In this document: positions 54,792 through 64,000 of the stretch, piece after piece | Layout: every line of letters starts with the position of its first letter | Numbering within the stretch: position 1 is the stretch's first letter | Source: Paracoccaceae bacterium | GTDB taxonomy: Bacteria; Pseudomonadota; Alphaproteobacteria; Rhodobacterales; Rhodobacteraceae | Assembly (NCBI GenBank): GCA_965203255.1 | Contig: OZ241882.1 | Coordinates: 5,391,436-5,455,435 of the forward strand | Direction of reading: 5' to 3' | DNA: 64,000 nucleotides | Position numbers and translations under genes: made by a program | Notes under the pieces: generated by a model | Databases searched by the model: none | Told to the model about the DNA's origin: nothing | What the model saw: only the letters and a program-made list of their open reading frames with translations

Positions 54792-55103
54792 ATCCCGAGT
54801 CGATGTGGAGTACCTTGGCTGACGTACGTTTTGGAACTCGGTCTTCCGCATGAATCATGCGACTTGGTGTCAGGCCGATACCCGCGAAGAACGCGTGCTT
54901 CTCCTCGACCTTCCTGAACGGCAGCCGGAAGTGACTGTGATCCGCCTCCGCGCTCACTATGGAAATCCGGTTCAGCGAGCGCAGCCTGCGAAGAACCGCA
55001 TCAATTGCAACGCGCTATCCGGCAAGAAGTCGCAGAAAGCTGCACTTGGGTCGTCGCCTGCATGGAAATCGAGCAAGTTCAGCAAGCGGAGTTGGCACGG
55101 TTT

Positions 55104-56006
55104 TCATTCCGACTCAAAGCTCCCAACCTGCTGGCCAAATGCGGCGACCAAAGAGCAGTCAAGCTCCAGGAAACCCGCATCGGCCGCTGATACAGCGCGG
55201 GAAAGGGCAGCCGATAGCACGTCATGGCCCGAACCATTCGCCACTGCCAGATCTTCCATGAGACGCATGTCCTTTATGCCGTTGGCCAGAGTGAAATTTA
55301 CGGGGGCGGATCCGCCGCCGGTCAGGACATGCTCGATCGGCGGAACGCGTGTCCTAGCCGCTCCAATGGCGCCCGAACTGTCTGCCAGAACGTCAAGGGC
55401 CAAACCGACGTCCACGCCTTGCCCGAGTGCCAGTCCAAGCGCTTCTCCCAGTGCATTCCAATAGACCATCAGCGGCAGATTGATCGCGAGTTTCATTGCA
55501 GCCCCGGTTCCGACCGGACCAAGATGCTCAAGTCGCCGGGTCAGTTTTTTCAGGATTGGCCTCGCCGCTTCAAAAGCCTCACGATCCCCTCCGGCCAGAC
55601 CAAGAAGCTTCCCACTACGTGCGGGTGCGACCGTTCCACCAACCGGGCATTCGAGAAACCGGCCACCTCTTTCCTTCACAGCGGTTTCCAGCCTCCTTGC
55701 CTGCCGTGGTGACATTGTACACAATTCGACAATCAAGCGGTCTTCGAGTGAGGCGGACAACAGTCCATCACGCCCAAAATAGACCGTATCGACAGCGGCA
55801 TCATCCGCTAGCACGGACAGCACGAGTTCCGCCTGCGAAACAATGTGCGCCGGACAGTCCGAGATAGGAATTCCGGTAAGGCCGCTCGCCTTCTCTCGCG
55901 TGCGGTTCCAGACCGTCAACTCCTCTCCCAGGTCAATCAGGCGTTCCGTGATCGACCGGCCCATTTTGCCTAGTCCTACAATTCCAATCATCTCGTGTAC
56001 CCCCAT
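55104..56006 (-). CDS. NAD(P)-dependent oxidoreductase, 3-hydroxyisobutyrate dehydrogenase family
   Basis: IGIVGLGKMGRSI Rossmann motif plus the family C-terminal domain. The start may be 55991. Confidence 0.85.
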   Translation of the reverse strand: MGVHEMIGIVGLGKMGRSITERLIDLGEELTVWNRTREKASGLTGIPISDCPAHIVSQAELVLSVLADDAAVDTVYFGRDGLLSASLEDRLIVELCTMSPRQARRLETAVKERGGRFLECPVGGTVAPARSGKLLGLAGGDREAFEAARPILKKLTRRLEHLGPVGTGAAMKLAINLPLMVYWNALGEALGLALGQGVDVGLALDVLADSSGAIGAARTRVPPIEHVLTGGGSAPVNFTLANGIKDMRLMEDLAVANGSGHDVLSAALSRAVSAADAGFLELDCSLVAAFGQQVGSFESE

Positions 56007-56267
56007 CTTCGCGGCGCAAACGTGTCAGATCCCTGGAAAGGGCGACCTACCCCTCCTTTGTATTCTTCTGGGCCTACAGATCGAATACGTTGAGCGGGAC
56101 TCTGGGTCTATGTCGCATTGCTGTCGGCATTTGGCCCCTGGACGGCCGCAGACCTGTCAGGCCTGGGAAGGTTTGGTCTTGGAAGGCCCGGAACGATACC
56201 AGTTCGTATCCTTGTTGACATGCCCTTTCCTGCAAGACAAGTATACTGTGGAATATGAGGAAAGCGA

Positions 56268-56918
56268 ATGACCGACAACCTGATGCGTCACAGGATTTTC
56301 CGTGCCCTGAGGAAGGACATTCTCGCCTGCAAAATCAGGCCAGGTGAGGAGGTGAGGGAATTCGAGCTCGCGCAGCGGTTCGGTGTATCGAAGTCACCGA
56401 TTCGGGACGCGCTCCAGAAGCTTGAGTTCGAGGGTCTGGTGGAAATTGTCCCGCGCAAAGGCCATCGCGTGGCCCCGATCTCTGTCTCCGATGCGGAAGA
56501 CATGCTTGACCTGCGCGAGATCCTGGAAACCGGCGCACTACGCCACGCCATAAAGGCCAGCGAGCAGGCGCTAGGCTCGTTGGATGAACTCCGCATTACG
56601 GATGCGGAGAACATTGATGACTTCGCGGAGTATAACCGGAAGTTCCATATGCAACTCTGTGAACTGACGGGCAATCGAAGGCTGGCAGATACCATGGCAA
56701 GACTTATGGAGAACTATGATCGATTGTGTGTCGTTTCACTGACAGCACAGCGCGACGTGACCGGAGGCATGGCCGCCGCGCTTGAGGATCACAATGCAAT
56801 CATCGACGCTTTGCAGTCACGCAACGCAGCGTCTGCGATTCGTGCCTCGACACGCCATCTTAGAAAATCCCGAGCGCAGATAATGCGTGGGCTCGAAAGC
56901 CGCCCGGTCATCGCGTGA
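56268..56918 (+). CDS. GntR-family (FadR/FCD subfamily) transcriptional regulator
   Basis: wHTH region ELAQRFGVSKSPIRDALQKLEFEGLVEIVPRKG, plus a helical FCD-like C-terminus. It is divergent from the oxidoreductase gene. Confidence 0.85.
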   Translation: MTDNLMRHRIFRALRKDILACKIRPGEEVREFELAQRFGVSKSPIRDALQKLEFEGLVEIVPRKGHRVAPISVSDAEDMLDLREILETGALRHAIKASEQALGSLDELRITDAENIDDFAEYNRKFHMQLCELTGNRRLADTMARLMENYDRLCVVSLTAQRDVTGGMAAALEDHNAIIDALQSRNAASAIRASTRHLRKSRAQIMRGLESRPVIA

Positions 56919-57014
56919 TATTGCAATATCGATAATCTGGTTGTATTCTGATATATCACAATTCAAAAGAACCGGGTCAATTGGAACTTTGGCCCGAGTC
57001 ATGGAAAGGGAAAT

Positions 57015-57785
57015 ATGGGCGACGGGGCAGAGCCAGAAACTGTCATCGCCGGGTGCGGTGTCAGCAAGGCCTTCGCCGATGGCGCTGTCGTCGCCATCGA
57101 AAGCGCGGACTTTTCGATTCGAAAGGGATCGTTTGTCTCGCTGGTGGGACCGTCTGGTTGTGGCAAATCCACGCTGCTGAGATTGGTCGCCGGCCTCATC
57201 GATGCGACCGCAGGCGAACTGAAAGTTCATGATCAACCCGTTTCAGGACCACGACAGGATGTCGGCATGATGTTCCAGCGCGCCACTCTTCTGGATTGGC
57301 GGACCGCAGTCGAAAACGTATTGTTGCCGATCGAACTCCAGGGCACCGTTCATGAGGCCGATCGAACTCGCGCCCTTGACCTTCTGAGGCTGGTGGGGCT
57401 GGAGGAATTCGCGTTTTCGTTTCCTGCCCAGCTGTCAGGCGGTATGCAGCAGAGGGTCGCTCTCGCACGCCTGCTTCAGACCGGTGCGGATGTCCTCCTC
57501 CTGGACGAACCATTCGGTGCGCTTGACGAGTTCACCAGGGAACGGTTGAATCTCGAACTCCTGCGAATTGTCGCGAATTTCCAGACGACGACAGTGTTCG
57601 TCACGCACAACATAGCAGAGGCAATTTTCCTTGCTGATCAAGTCTATGTCATGACGCCGCGACCAGGAAAGATTGCCAGGGTTGTGGATGTCGAGCTATC
57701 GCGGCCGCGGGAACTGTCGCTGCAGACAACGCCGGAATTCAATCGCCTCGTCGAAGAGGTGCGCGTCACCCTTGGAGCGTTGTGA
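57015..57785 (+). CDS. ABC transporter ATP-binding protein (NitT/TauT family)
   Basis: Walker A GPSGCGKST, signature LSGGMQQR, and Walker B LLLDEPF. Confidence 0.9.
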   Translation: MGDGAEPETVIAGCGVSKAFADGAVVAIESADFSIRKGSFVSLVGPSGCGKSTLLRLVAGLIDATAGELKVHDQPVSGPRQDVGMMFQRATLLDWRTAVENVLLPIELQGTVHEADRTRALDLLRLVGLEEFAFSFPAQLSGGMQQRVALARLLQTGADVLLLDEPFGALDEFTRERLNLELLRIVANFQTTTVFVTHNIAEAIFLADQVYVMTPRPGKIARVVDVELSRPRELSLQTTPEFNRLVEEVRVTLGAL

Positions 57786-58633
57786 TGGCGGCGGAATTCA
57801 GCAATCCCAATCAGGTGACGATGCGGGTGTTCGTCCATGCGGGCCTATTCCTGGGTCTTCTGGCAGCCTGGGAGATCGGGTCCCGCGCCGGCTACCTCGA
57901 TCCGCTGTTCTATCCACGTCCAAGCGAAATTCTGGCTTCCTTCGGACGGATTTACATTGCCCAGGGTAATGTCTGGTGGCATCTCTACACTAGCCTTTCC
58001 CTGGTTTTGATGGGCTTTATCGGCGGTTCGGCACTTGGCATCGCACTCGGTGGACTTGTTGGCCTGAACCCAATCGTGCGGAGATTTGTTCAGCCCTACG
58101 TCATCGTGGTCGAGGCAACGCCCCGCATTGCGCTAGCCCCGTTGCTGATCGCGGCACTCGGCTTCGGAGCCGGCTCAAAGACCGCAATCATCGTCCTCGT
58201 CTGCTTCTTCGCGCCGTTCATAAACACCCTATCGGGAGTGGTGAATGTCAACGAGGACAGGCTGGAACTGTTTCGGTCGCTCGGAGCGTCTAAAATGCAG
58301 ATCCTTCGAAAACTGGTGTTACCTGATGCTGTGCCCGTAATCATGGCGGGTGAGCGTCTTGCACTGACCGCCGCCTTGTCTGGAGTTCTGGTTGCGGAGT
58401 TCATTCAGCGCGACAAGGGTATCGGTGCCTTGATCCTGACCTATACACGCAACCTTAACATGGCTTCCGCGTTCGCCTGCATATTCACGCTTACCATCGT
58501 TGGCTTCCTCATTTTCCGGGGAATGGAGCTTCTGGACAATCGAATCGCTTACTGGAATCGTTCGACTGACATGGAACGCGTCAGTGCACGACGCAGGGCA
58601 CGATGGTTGTCCCGGAGCAGGTTGAGCCCATGA
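57782..58633 (+). CDS. ABC transporter permease (NitT/TauT family)
   Basis: Multi-TM protein with an EAA-like loop (...LFRSLGASKMQILRKLVLPDAVP...). The start overlaps the ATPase stop. Confidence 0.85.
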   Translation: MMAAEFSNPNQVTMRVFVHAGLFLGLLAAWEIGSRAGYLDPLFYPRPSEILASFGRIYIAQGNVWWHLYTSLSLVLMGFIGGSALGIALGGLVGLNPIVRRFVQPYVIVVEATPRIALAPLLIAALGFGAGSKTAIIVLVCFFAPFINTLSGVVNVNEDRLELFRSLGASKMQILRKLVLPDAVPVIMAGERLALTAALSGVLVAEFIQRDKGIGALILTYTRNLNMASAFACIFTLTIVGFLIFRGMELLDNRIAYWNRSTDMERVSARRRARWLSRSRLSP

Positions 58634-59460
58634 CCATTGTCCTCGCTTTCGTTACTCGTATCATTCCCCATCTGGCCCTGTTCCTGTTCCTGATCGGAGT
58701 TTGGGAAGTTCTTGTCGTCGTCGACCTTCTAGCTTCGATCCTCGTGCCTCGGCCCTCGGCAATCTTTGCTTCAATTGTTGAGCTCTATATCATCGAGGGA
58801 TCGATTTACCGTCACTTCATGATAACACTCATTGAGGCAGTGGCGGGCTTTCTGATTGGAGCCGGGGTCGCAGTTGCTATTGCGGTCGGATCGGCGCTTT
58901 GGGAGCCGTTCCGCCGCTACGTATCACCCTATGCGATCGTACTTAACGTCACTCCTGGGATCGCGCTAACCCCGGTGATAATCGCTTGGTTCGGCTATGG
59001 AATGGGATCGAAGATCGCATTGGCCGCTGTGATCTGCTTCTTCCCGATTTACGTCAATACGCTTACGGGCCTTACACGGACAGACAGAGGACGGGAGGAA
59101 TTGTTCCGTCAGCTCGGGGCAAGTCATTCGCAGGTGTTTCTGAAGCTCCGAGTTCCTTCTGCACTGCCCCTTCTGTTCGCTGGCCTCAAGATCGGGCTCA
59201 CGACGGCCCTGATCGGTGCGGTTGTCGCTGAATTCGCGCAGGCTACGGAAGGGGTGGGCGTGCTGATGGGCAGGTTCTCGTTCCAGCTCAACATGGGTGC
59301 ATCGATCGCAACGCTGCTCAGCATGACGGCGATCGGGCTCATCCTCTTCTATTCAATGGAATTCCTCGACGACAGAGTGGTCTTCTGGCGTCGGGAAGCG
59401 CGCAGGGCTGCCGCCTCGCGCGCAAGGGCGCGTGCCTGGAAGACACGGGCCAAAATGTGA
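58630..59460 (+). CDS. ABC transporter permease (second subunit)
   Basis: Paralogous to the previous gene (LFRQLGASHSQVFLKLRVPSALP). ATGA overlap at 58630. Confidence 0.85.
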   Translation: MTIVLAFVTRIIPHLALFLFLIGVWEVLVVVDLLASILVPRPSAIFASIVELYIIEGSIYRHFMITLIEAVAGFLIGAGVAVAIAVGSALWEPFRRYVSPYAIVLNVTPGIALTPVIIAWFGYGMGSKIALAAVICFFPIYVNTLTGLTRTDRGREELFRQLGASHSQVFLKLRVPSALPLLFAGLKIGLTTALIGAVVAEFAQATEGVGVLMGRFSFQLNMGASIATLLSMTAIGLILFYSMEFLDDRVVFWRREARRAAASRARARAWKTRAKM

Positions 59461-59492
59461 CCGGAAACTGACCTTTTTGGGAGTTAGACACG

Positions 59493-60524
59493 ATGACAAT
59501 GCTGAAGACTGTGACGGTAGCCGCCACCTTGGCGTCCACGGTTTCCTTTGGATATGCACAGAATTCGACCGTTAACATGATCAATCCGCTGCCGCGGTCG
59601 ACCAACTTCTTTCCCCTGGTTGTGGGCGAGGCGCTCGGATATTTCGACGAGGAAGGAGTGGAAGTGAACCTGCTTCCATCCGACACTTCGATTCCATACG
59701 TCGCCTTTATCCAGAACGGTCAGGCGGATCTGGCGATGCTTGATCCATTCGAGACGATCAATGCACTCAACGCAGGTGCCGAAATCAATACAGTGTTTGA
59801 AGTCATGCAGAACGCGCCAGAGGGAATTGCGGTTCCGGAAGCCAGCGACGCGCAGTCGGTTGCCGATCTTGTTGGCACGACCGTCGGCCTTGTCTCAGAC
59901 CGCGACCGTGCGTTCCTGCAGGCTGCGCTCAACACTGTCGGGCACTCCATTGACGAGGTTTCGACAGTGGTACTTGGTGAAAGCGGACCCACACTGGCCG
60001 CCGCCATGCGTGACGGCAACGTATCCGCGATCGCCGGCGCGGCGCCAGACTGGATCGCCTTGCAGGCCAATGGAATCGGCGTGCGTCTGATTACACCGGA
60101 AGAACTGCTCGCAAGTCCAGCCAACACCTTTGCCATGAACATAGGCGAGATTGAACCGAAGCGGGCGGCGGTCGAAGGCTTCCTGCGCGCATGGTGCAAG
60201 GGTATGCACGCTGTTACCGTGAACCGAGACGCCGTCGCGGCCATTCTCAAGCGTGACGTTCCAGAGGAGTGGGAAATCGAGGAGGCCGGCCAGCTATTCC
60301 TCGACATGTCAATTGGTATGAACGTTTCGGTAACCGACCGGTGCGGCGATACGCAGACCGACGTTTGGACCAACATCCAACCGCAGATGCTCGACGCCGG
60401 CGGGATCGAGCAGATCGTGGATGTCTCGGCATTCCTGAACGATACATACATCGCCGTGGCAAACGACTTCGATCGCGATGAGGTCGCGGCGGAGATCAAC
60501 GCGTGGGCAGCTGACAATATGTGA
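59493..60524 (+). CDS. Periplasmic substrate-binding protein (NMT1/THI5-like)
   Basis: Signal peptide MTMLKTVTVAATLASTVSFGYA. Size and context fit the SBP of the adjacent transporter. Confidence 0.75.
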   Translation: MTMLKTVTVAATLASTVSFGYAQNSTVNMINPLPRSTNFFPLVVGEALGYFDEEGVEVNLLPSDTSIPYVAFIQNGQADLAMLDPFETINALNAGAEINTVFEVMQNAPEGIAVPEASDAQSVADLVGTTVGLVSDRDRAFLQAALNTVGHSIDEVSTVVLGESGPTLAAAMRDGNVSAIAGAAPDWIALQANGIGVRLITPEELLASPANTFAMNIGEIEPKRAAVEGFLRAWCKGMHAVTVNRDAVAAILKRDVPEEWEIEEAGQLFLDMSIGMNVSVTDRCGDTQTDVWTNIQPQMLDAGGIEQIVDVSAFLNDTYIAVANDFDRDEVAAEINAWAADNM

Positions 60525-60638
60525 GCCCGATGAGGCGGGCCATCGGCCCGCCTTACCCCATCCCCTTGCAAGTCTGCGTAGCCTGTTCCGACAAGTCAGT
60601 GCCGCAAACAGCAATCTTATGGAGCCGGATACGAGCCG

Positions 60639-61730
60639 ATGACCCACAGCACCATCGATACACCTTCGCTTGGCGATGCCCTCAACCGCTATGGACCCAC
60701 CAGTGCACGAGCCTTATCCGAGGAGAGGCATCGACTTGATTGCAGAACAGTTGACGTCCATGCCCATGTGCATATTGGCGCAGCCACTGAATACATGGCG
60801 CCCCATGTCGATCCCACGCGGATTGCGATGGTCCAGCACTCAAATGAAGAGACGCGTGCCATAAACATGAAGCAGGACAAGGATCGTCTTCCAGTCGCCA
60901 TGAGCGACATCACCGACAGATTGGAGGTCCTAGATGCTCAGGGAATCGATATCCAGGTCGTCGCACCTCCTCCGCCACAATGCTACTACCAGTCGCCGGT
61001 AGAGGAAGCTCTGAGGGGCAGCCAGATCGTCAACGACGGCATGGCAGAATGGGTGAGTCTCAGACCTGACCGCTTTGCCGGGTTGGGCACTGTGCCGCTT
61101 CAGGAACCAAACCTATCGGCTATTGAACTGGAGCGCGCCGTCACTGAACTTGGTCTCAAGGGTGTGATGATCCTGACGAACGTTGACGGAGCGGAAGTAG
61201 GTGACCCACGATTTGAACCATTCTGGCGGAAGGTCGAGGACCTAGGTGCTTTGGTGATGATCCATCCAAATGGATTCACCCATGGAGACAGGTTGAGCGA
61301 CTACTATTTCTCCAACATCATCGGAAATCCATTCGAAACGGCGCTCGCGTTGCACTATCTGATCTTCAACGGGGTGCTTGAACGGATGCCGAATCTAAGG
61401 ATTCTGGGAGTCCATGGAGGCGGCTATCTACCTTCATACTCGGGACGAATTGACCATGCCTGGGGCGCACGCAGCGATTGTAACGCCGGGTTGCCCAGAC
61501 CACCGAGTGAATATCTAAGAAAAATGTACTTCGACAGTGTTGTGTTTACCAACCACCAGCTTGAATATCTGGTCAGGATCTTCGGTGCGGATCATATCAT
61601 GATGGGCTCTGACTATCCATTCGACATGGCTGACTACGATCCGATCGAACACATCGCAACATCGGATCTGTGCGACGAGGAAAAGGCTGCGGTCGCTGGA
61701 GGAACAGCAATTCGACTTCTCGGACTATAG
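60639..61730 (+). CDS. Amidohydrolase_2 family protein (ACMSD-like metal-dependent decarboxylase/hydrolase)
   Basis: VDVHAHV metal-binding start, MIHPNG, and HGGGYLP...DHIMMGSDYPF are typical of the family. Confidence 0.8.
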   Translation: MTHSTIDTPSLGDALNRYGPTSARALSEERHRLDCRTVDVHAHVHIGAATEYMAPHVDPTRIAMVQHSNEETRAINMKQDKDRLPVAMSDITDRLEVLDAQGIDIQVVAPPPPQCYYQSPVEEALRGSQIVNDGMAEWVSLRPDRFAGLGTVPLQEPNLSAIELERAVTELGLKGVMILTNVDGAEVGDPRFEPFWRKVEDLGALVMIHPNGFTHGDRLSDYYFSNIIGNPFETALALHYLIFNGVLERMPNLRILGVHGGGYLPSYSGRIDHAWGARSDCNAGLPRPPSEYLRKMYFDSVVFTNHQLEYLVRIFGADHIMMGSDYPFDMADYDPIEHIATSDLCDEEKAAVAGGTAIRLLGL

Positions 61731-61739
61731 AAGGCTCTC

Positions 61740-62609
61740 ATGACAGTTGGGATCGTTGGCCTCGGAATTATGGGTACAGCCTATGCAACCCATTTGGTTG
61801 CAGCGGGGGAGCAGGTGCTTGGCGCGGACCCATTGCCTGAGGCGCGGAAGGGCTTGGCAGGGCTCGGCGGAACGGCACACGAAGCCGCCGGTGAATGGCT
61901 TGCTGACTGCGATCCGGTCATATTGTCACTTGCGTCACCGGCCGCGCTTCGAACTGTCACTGGAATTCTGCAGAAGGCGCTTCGACCCGGCCAGATTGTC
62001 CTGGAGACCGGGACCTTTCGGTTGGCGGACAAAGAACGCGCTCGGGATGCACTCGATGAAGCCGGAATCACCCTCCTTGATTGCACGGTAAGCGGGACGG
62101 GTGCACAGGCCATTGCGAAGGACATCGTGATGATGGCCTCTGGGCCACCTGAGGCAGTCGCTCGGGCGAGACCTGTCATGACCCTCTTTACGCGCAAGGT
62201 CATCGAGGCCGGCCCATTCGGTGCGGGCACCAGACTTAAGTTTGTTGCGAACCACGCGGTCGCGCTTCACAACTCGGCAGCAGCGGAGACGCTAAATTAC
62301 GCCATGACTCTGGGGTTGGATAGGGACGTCGTCTACGACATGCTGTCAACGGGAGCCGGTCAGTCCAAGATGTCCGACCTAAGGATGCCATTGATGATGA
62401 GCGGCGATTACGAGCCACCGACCGCGAGCCTGAAGATGTTTGACAAGGATCTCTCAATAATTGCCGAGGATATCGAACGCATCGGGGCAGCCACACCTCT
62501 GTTCGACGTCTGCGTGGAACTCTATGACAGAGCAAAGGCCCGGTTGCCTGAAACCCACGACACTGCTGCAGTCTACGAAGTATACCGTCAGGATAGACTG
62601 CGGAAATGA
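61740..62609 (+). CDS. NAD(P)-dependent oxidoreductase, 3-hydroxyisobutyrate dehydrogenase family
   Basis: VGIVGLGIMGTAYA Rossmann motif plus the family C-terminal domain. Confidence 0.85.
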   Translation: MTVGIVGLGIMGTAYATHLVAAGEQVLGADPLPEARKGLAGLGGTAHEAAGEWLADCDPVILSLASPAALRTVTGILQKALRPGQIVLETGTFRLADKERARDALDEAGITLLDCTVSGTGAQAIAKDIVMMASGPPEAVARARPVMTLFTRKVIEAGPFGAGTRLKFVANHAVALHNSAAAETLNYAMTLGLDRDVVYDMLSTGAGQSKMSDLRMPLMMSGDYEPPTASLKMFDKDLSIIAEDIERIGAATPLFDVCVELYDRAKARLPETHDTAAVYEVYRQDRLRK

Positions 62610-63361
62610 TCCAGGCGCTCCCGGGTCCGGAAATTGTCGCGGCGATACTTGTGACCTTTCTTGTGGCGGGAACGGTAAAGGGAGCATTCGGGATCGGGTT
62701 TCCGGCGGTTGCGATGTCAATTTTCCCGCTCTTCATCGAGCCGGCGCTCGGTGTTGCTCTGCTGGCGCTGCCGATCGTGATCACCAACGCACAGCAGTTC
62801 ATTTCGGTCCGTGGATGGCCTCGGATCATTCGGCGCTTTCTGCTGGCTGGCGGAAGCCTTGCCGTCACGATCTTCCTTGTTAGCCAGTTTCTGGACGACG
62901 TTTCAAGCCGATGGATCAACGTTTTCGTTGGGATGGCCTTGATCATTTTTGCTCTCTCCGCAATGTTGAGAATACGTTTTCCGGTCTCGGAGAGCCCTGC
63001 TTGGCAGCTGCTGGTGGGCGTGAGTTCAGGATTGTTCGGCGGAGTTTCCGCGGTCAAGGTTCCGGTGATGATCTATACGGTGGCGCTTGAGCTACCGCGC
63101 GATGCTTTCATTGTGGTCGCCGGATTCCTGTTCTTCTGCGGCGGAGCCGGGCTCCTAACAGGCCTCACCTCGGCGACCCTGCTGAATCAAGTCACTCTCC
63201 CACTTTCCATCGTTGCCGTTGCATTTGCGCTTGCGGGATTTAGGATAGGTGCCCGCATTCGGGAACGGCTGAATGCGGAGCAGTTCAGGACGTATCTGTT
63301 GTGGGTAATGCTCCTTCTCGGAGCGCGGCTCCTGGTTGTAAACGTCTTTCCCCCGATCTGA
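62606..63361 (+). CDS. TauE/SafE family sulfite/anion exporter
   Basis: 251-aa multi-TM protein with glycine-rich repeats (VAGTVKGAFGIGFP, GLFGGVSAV). ATGA overlap with the upstream gene. Confidence 0.75.
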   Translation: MIQALPGPEIVAAILVTFLVAGTVKGAFGIGFPAVAMSIFPLFIEPALGVALLALPIVITNAQQFISVRGWPRIIRRFLLAGGSLAVTIFLVSQFLDDVSSRWINVFVGMALIIFALSAMLRIRFPVSESPAWQLLVGVSSGLFGGVSAVKVPVMIYTVALELPRDAFIVVAGFLFFCGGAGLLTGLTSATLLNQVTLPLSIVAVAFALAGFRIGARIRERLNAEQFRTYLLWVMLLLGARLLVVNVFPPI

Positions 63362-63812
63362 TCATTGGCTCTGACGCATATTCGTCACCTCGATTGCTGC
63401 GTACGATGCGAATGCGAAGCAGCGTCCGGCCCATGGATGATAGGCGAACGAAACCCCACATTGTTGGAGTAAGATGGTGTCTATCGTTCACATGGTACTA
63501 TGTGGGGGACCCGGCGAATCCGCTGCTGGCCCAATGCGCCTTTGGCCGTTGTGATTTCAGTAAGGACCCCGCTGGCGATGTAAAAGGGGCGATGAACACT
63601 GCGTCAACCGACGGTCGCCATTTCGTCACTGCGCCAGAACCGTAACATCACTCCTTCTGGCAACAGCAGCCGGTGGCTCAGGATATGGCTTGGCTAGATT
63701 GGCCTGCCCGGATTTTTTTGGGCAAACGGATATCAGAGACGTGCCGTTTCACGACGACCGCCATTGGCAATCCCGTCGCACCAGTCTCGTCCGCATTTGG
63801 TTGACATGGTGG

Positions 63813-64000
63813 CTATAGCTTCGACAGAAGGGCTTCGGTCGGCCAGCCATCAGCAGGTAAGCCCAGTCGCCGCTGGGCATCACGTACAGCGGCACGGGTC
63901 TTCCTGCCTAGAATTCCGTCAATCTTTCCAACGTCATGACCTTGGCTGGCAAGCCGTTTCTGGAGTTCGATCATTCGCTGGCCAGTCAGACCGGCCTCCG
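63813..64000 (-). CDS. C-terminal peptidoglycan-binding domain of a lytic murein transglycosylase-like protein (partial, continues beyond the window)
   Basis: The minus-strand frame reads ...LTGQRMIELQKRLASQGHDVGKIDGILGRKTRAAVRDAQRRLGLPADGWPTEALLSKL*, which matches the PG_binding_1 consensus. Confidence 0.7.
   Translation of the reverse strand, partial: EAGLTGQRMIELQKRLASQGHDVGKIDGILGRKTRAAVRDAQRRLGLPADGWPTEALLSKL

Noticed and set aside
1-64000. Searched for CRISPR arrays, rRNA and tRNA genes (for example GGTTCGAATCC-type T-arms near island borders).
   Set aside because: I saw no regularly spaced direct repeats and no tRNA-like cloverleaf signatures by eye. A tRNAscan/Infernal run would be needed to be certain.

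Overview
This is a chromosomal segment from what looks like an alphaproteobacterium with moderate G+C. The housekeeping backbone includes SURF1-thrC-M16 peptidase-GNAT, lysC, ptsP, pyrD, apt and mtnP, plus ABC-transporter and catabolic clusters. Visibly more G+C-rich foreign DNA interrupts it repeatedly: an intact ISKra4-family IS with an 8-bp target duplication (26.7-28.5 kb), an intact IS110-family IS (51.2-52.7 kb), a frameshifted IS4-family IS (39.1-40.6 kb), IS1595-family remnants (7.0-8.0 and 38.4-38.9 kb), a 195-bp MITE with a 10-bp duplication (21.4-21.6 kb), and several uncharacterised GC-rich blocks. Accessory cargo includes PIN/UPF0175 and hipBA toxin-antitoxin modules and an Mrr endonuclease. 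The stand-out locus is a lower-G+C island at 47.49-53.49 kb, bracketed by inverted homologous GC-rich repeats. It carries a five-gene, translationally coupled operon: a triple beta-grasp 'multi-ubiquitin' protein, a cysteine-free E2/UBC-like protein, a JAB(JAMM)-E1(ThiF) fusion, a DUF6527-like zinc-ribbon protein, and a fused AriA/AriB (PARIS)-like ABC-ATPase/Toprim (DUF4435) protein. The IS110 insertion has split the last gene. I read the operon as a candidate ubiquitin-like-conjugation antiphage system coupled to a nuclease-type effector. All family assignments come from reading motifs by eye and need HMM or structure confirmation. No rRNA, tRNA or CRISPR array was seen.
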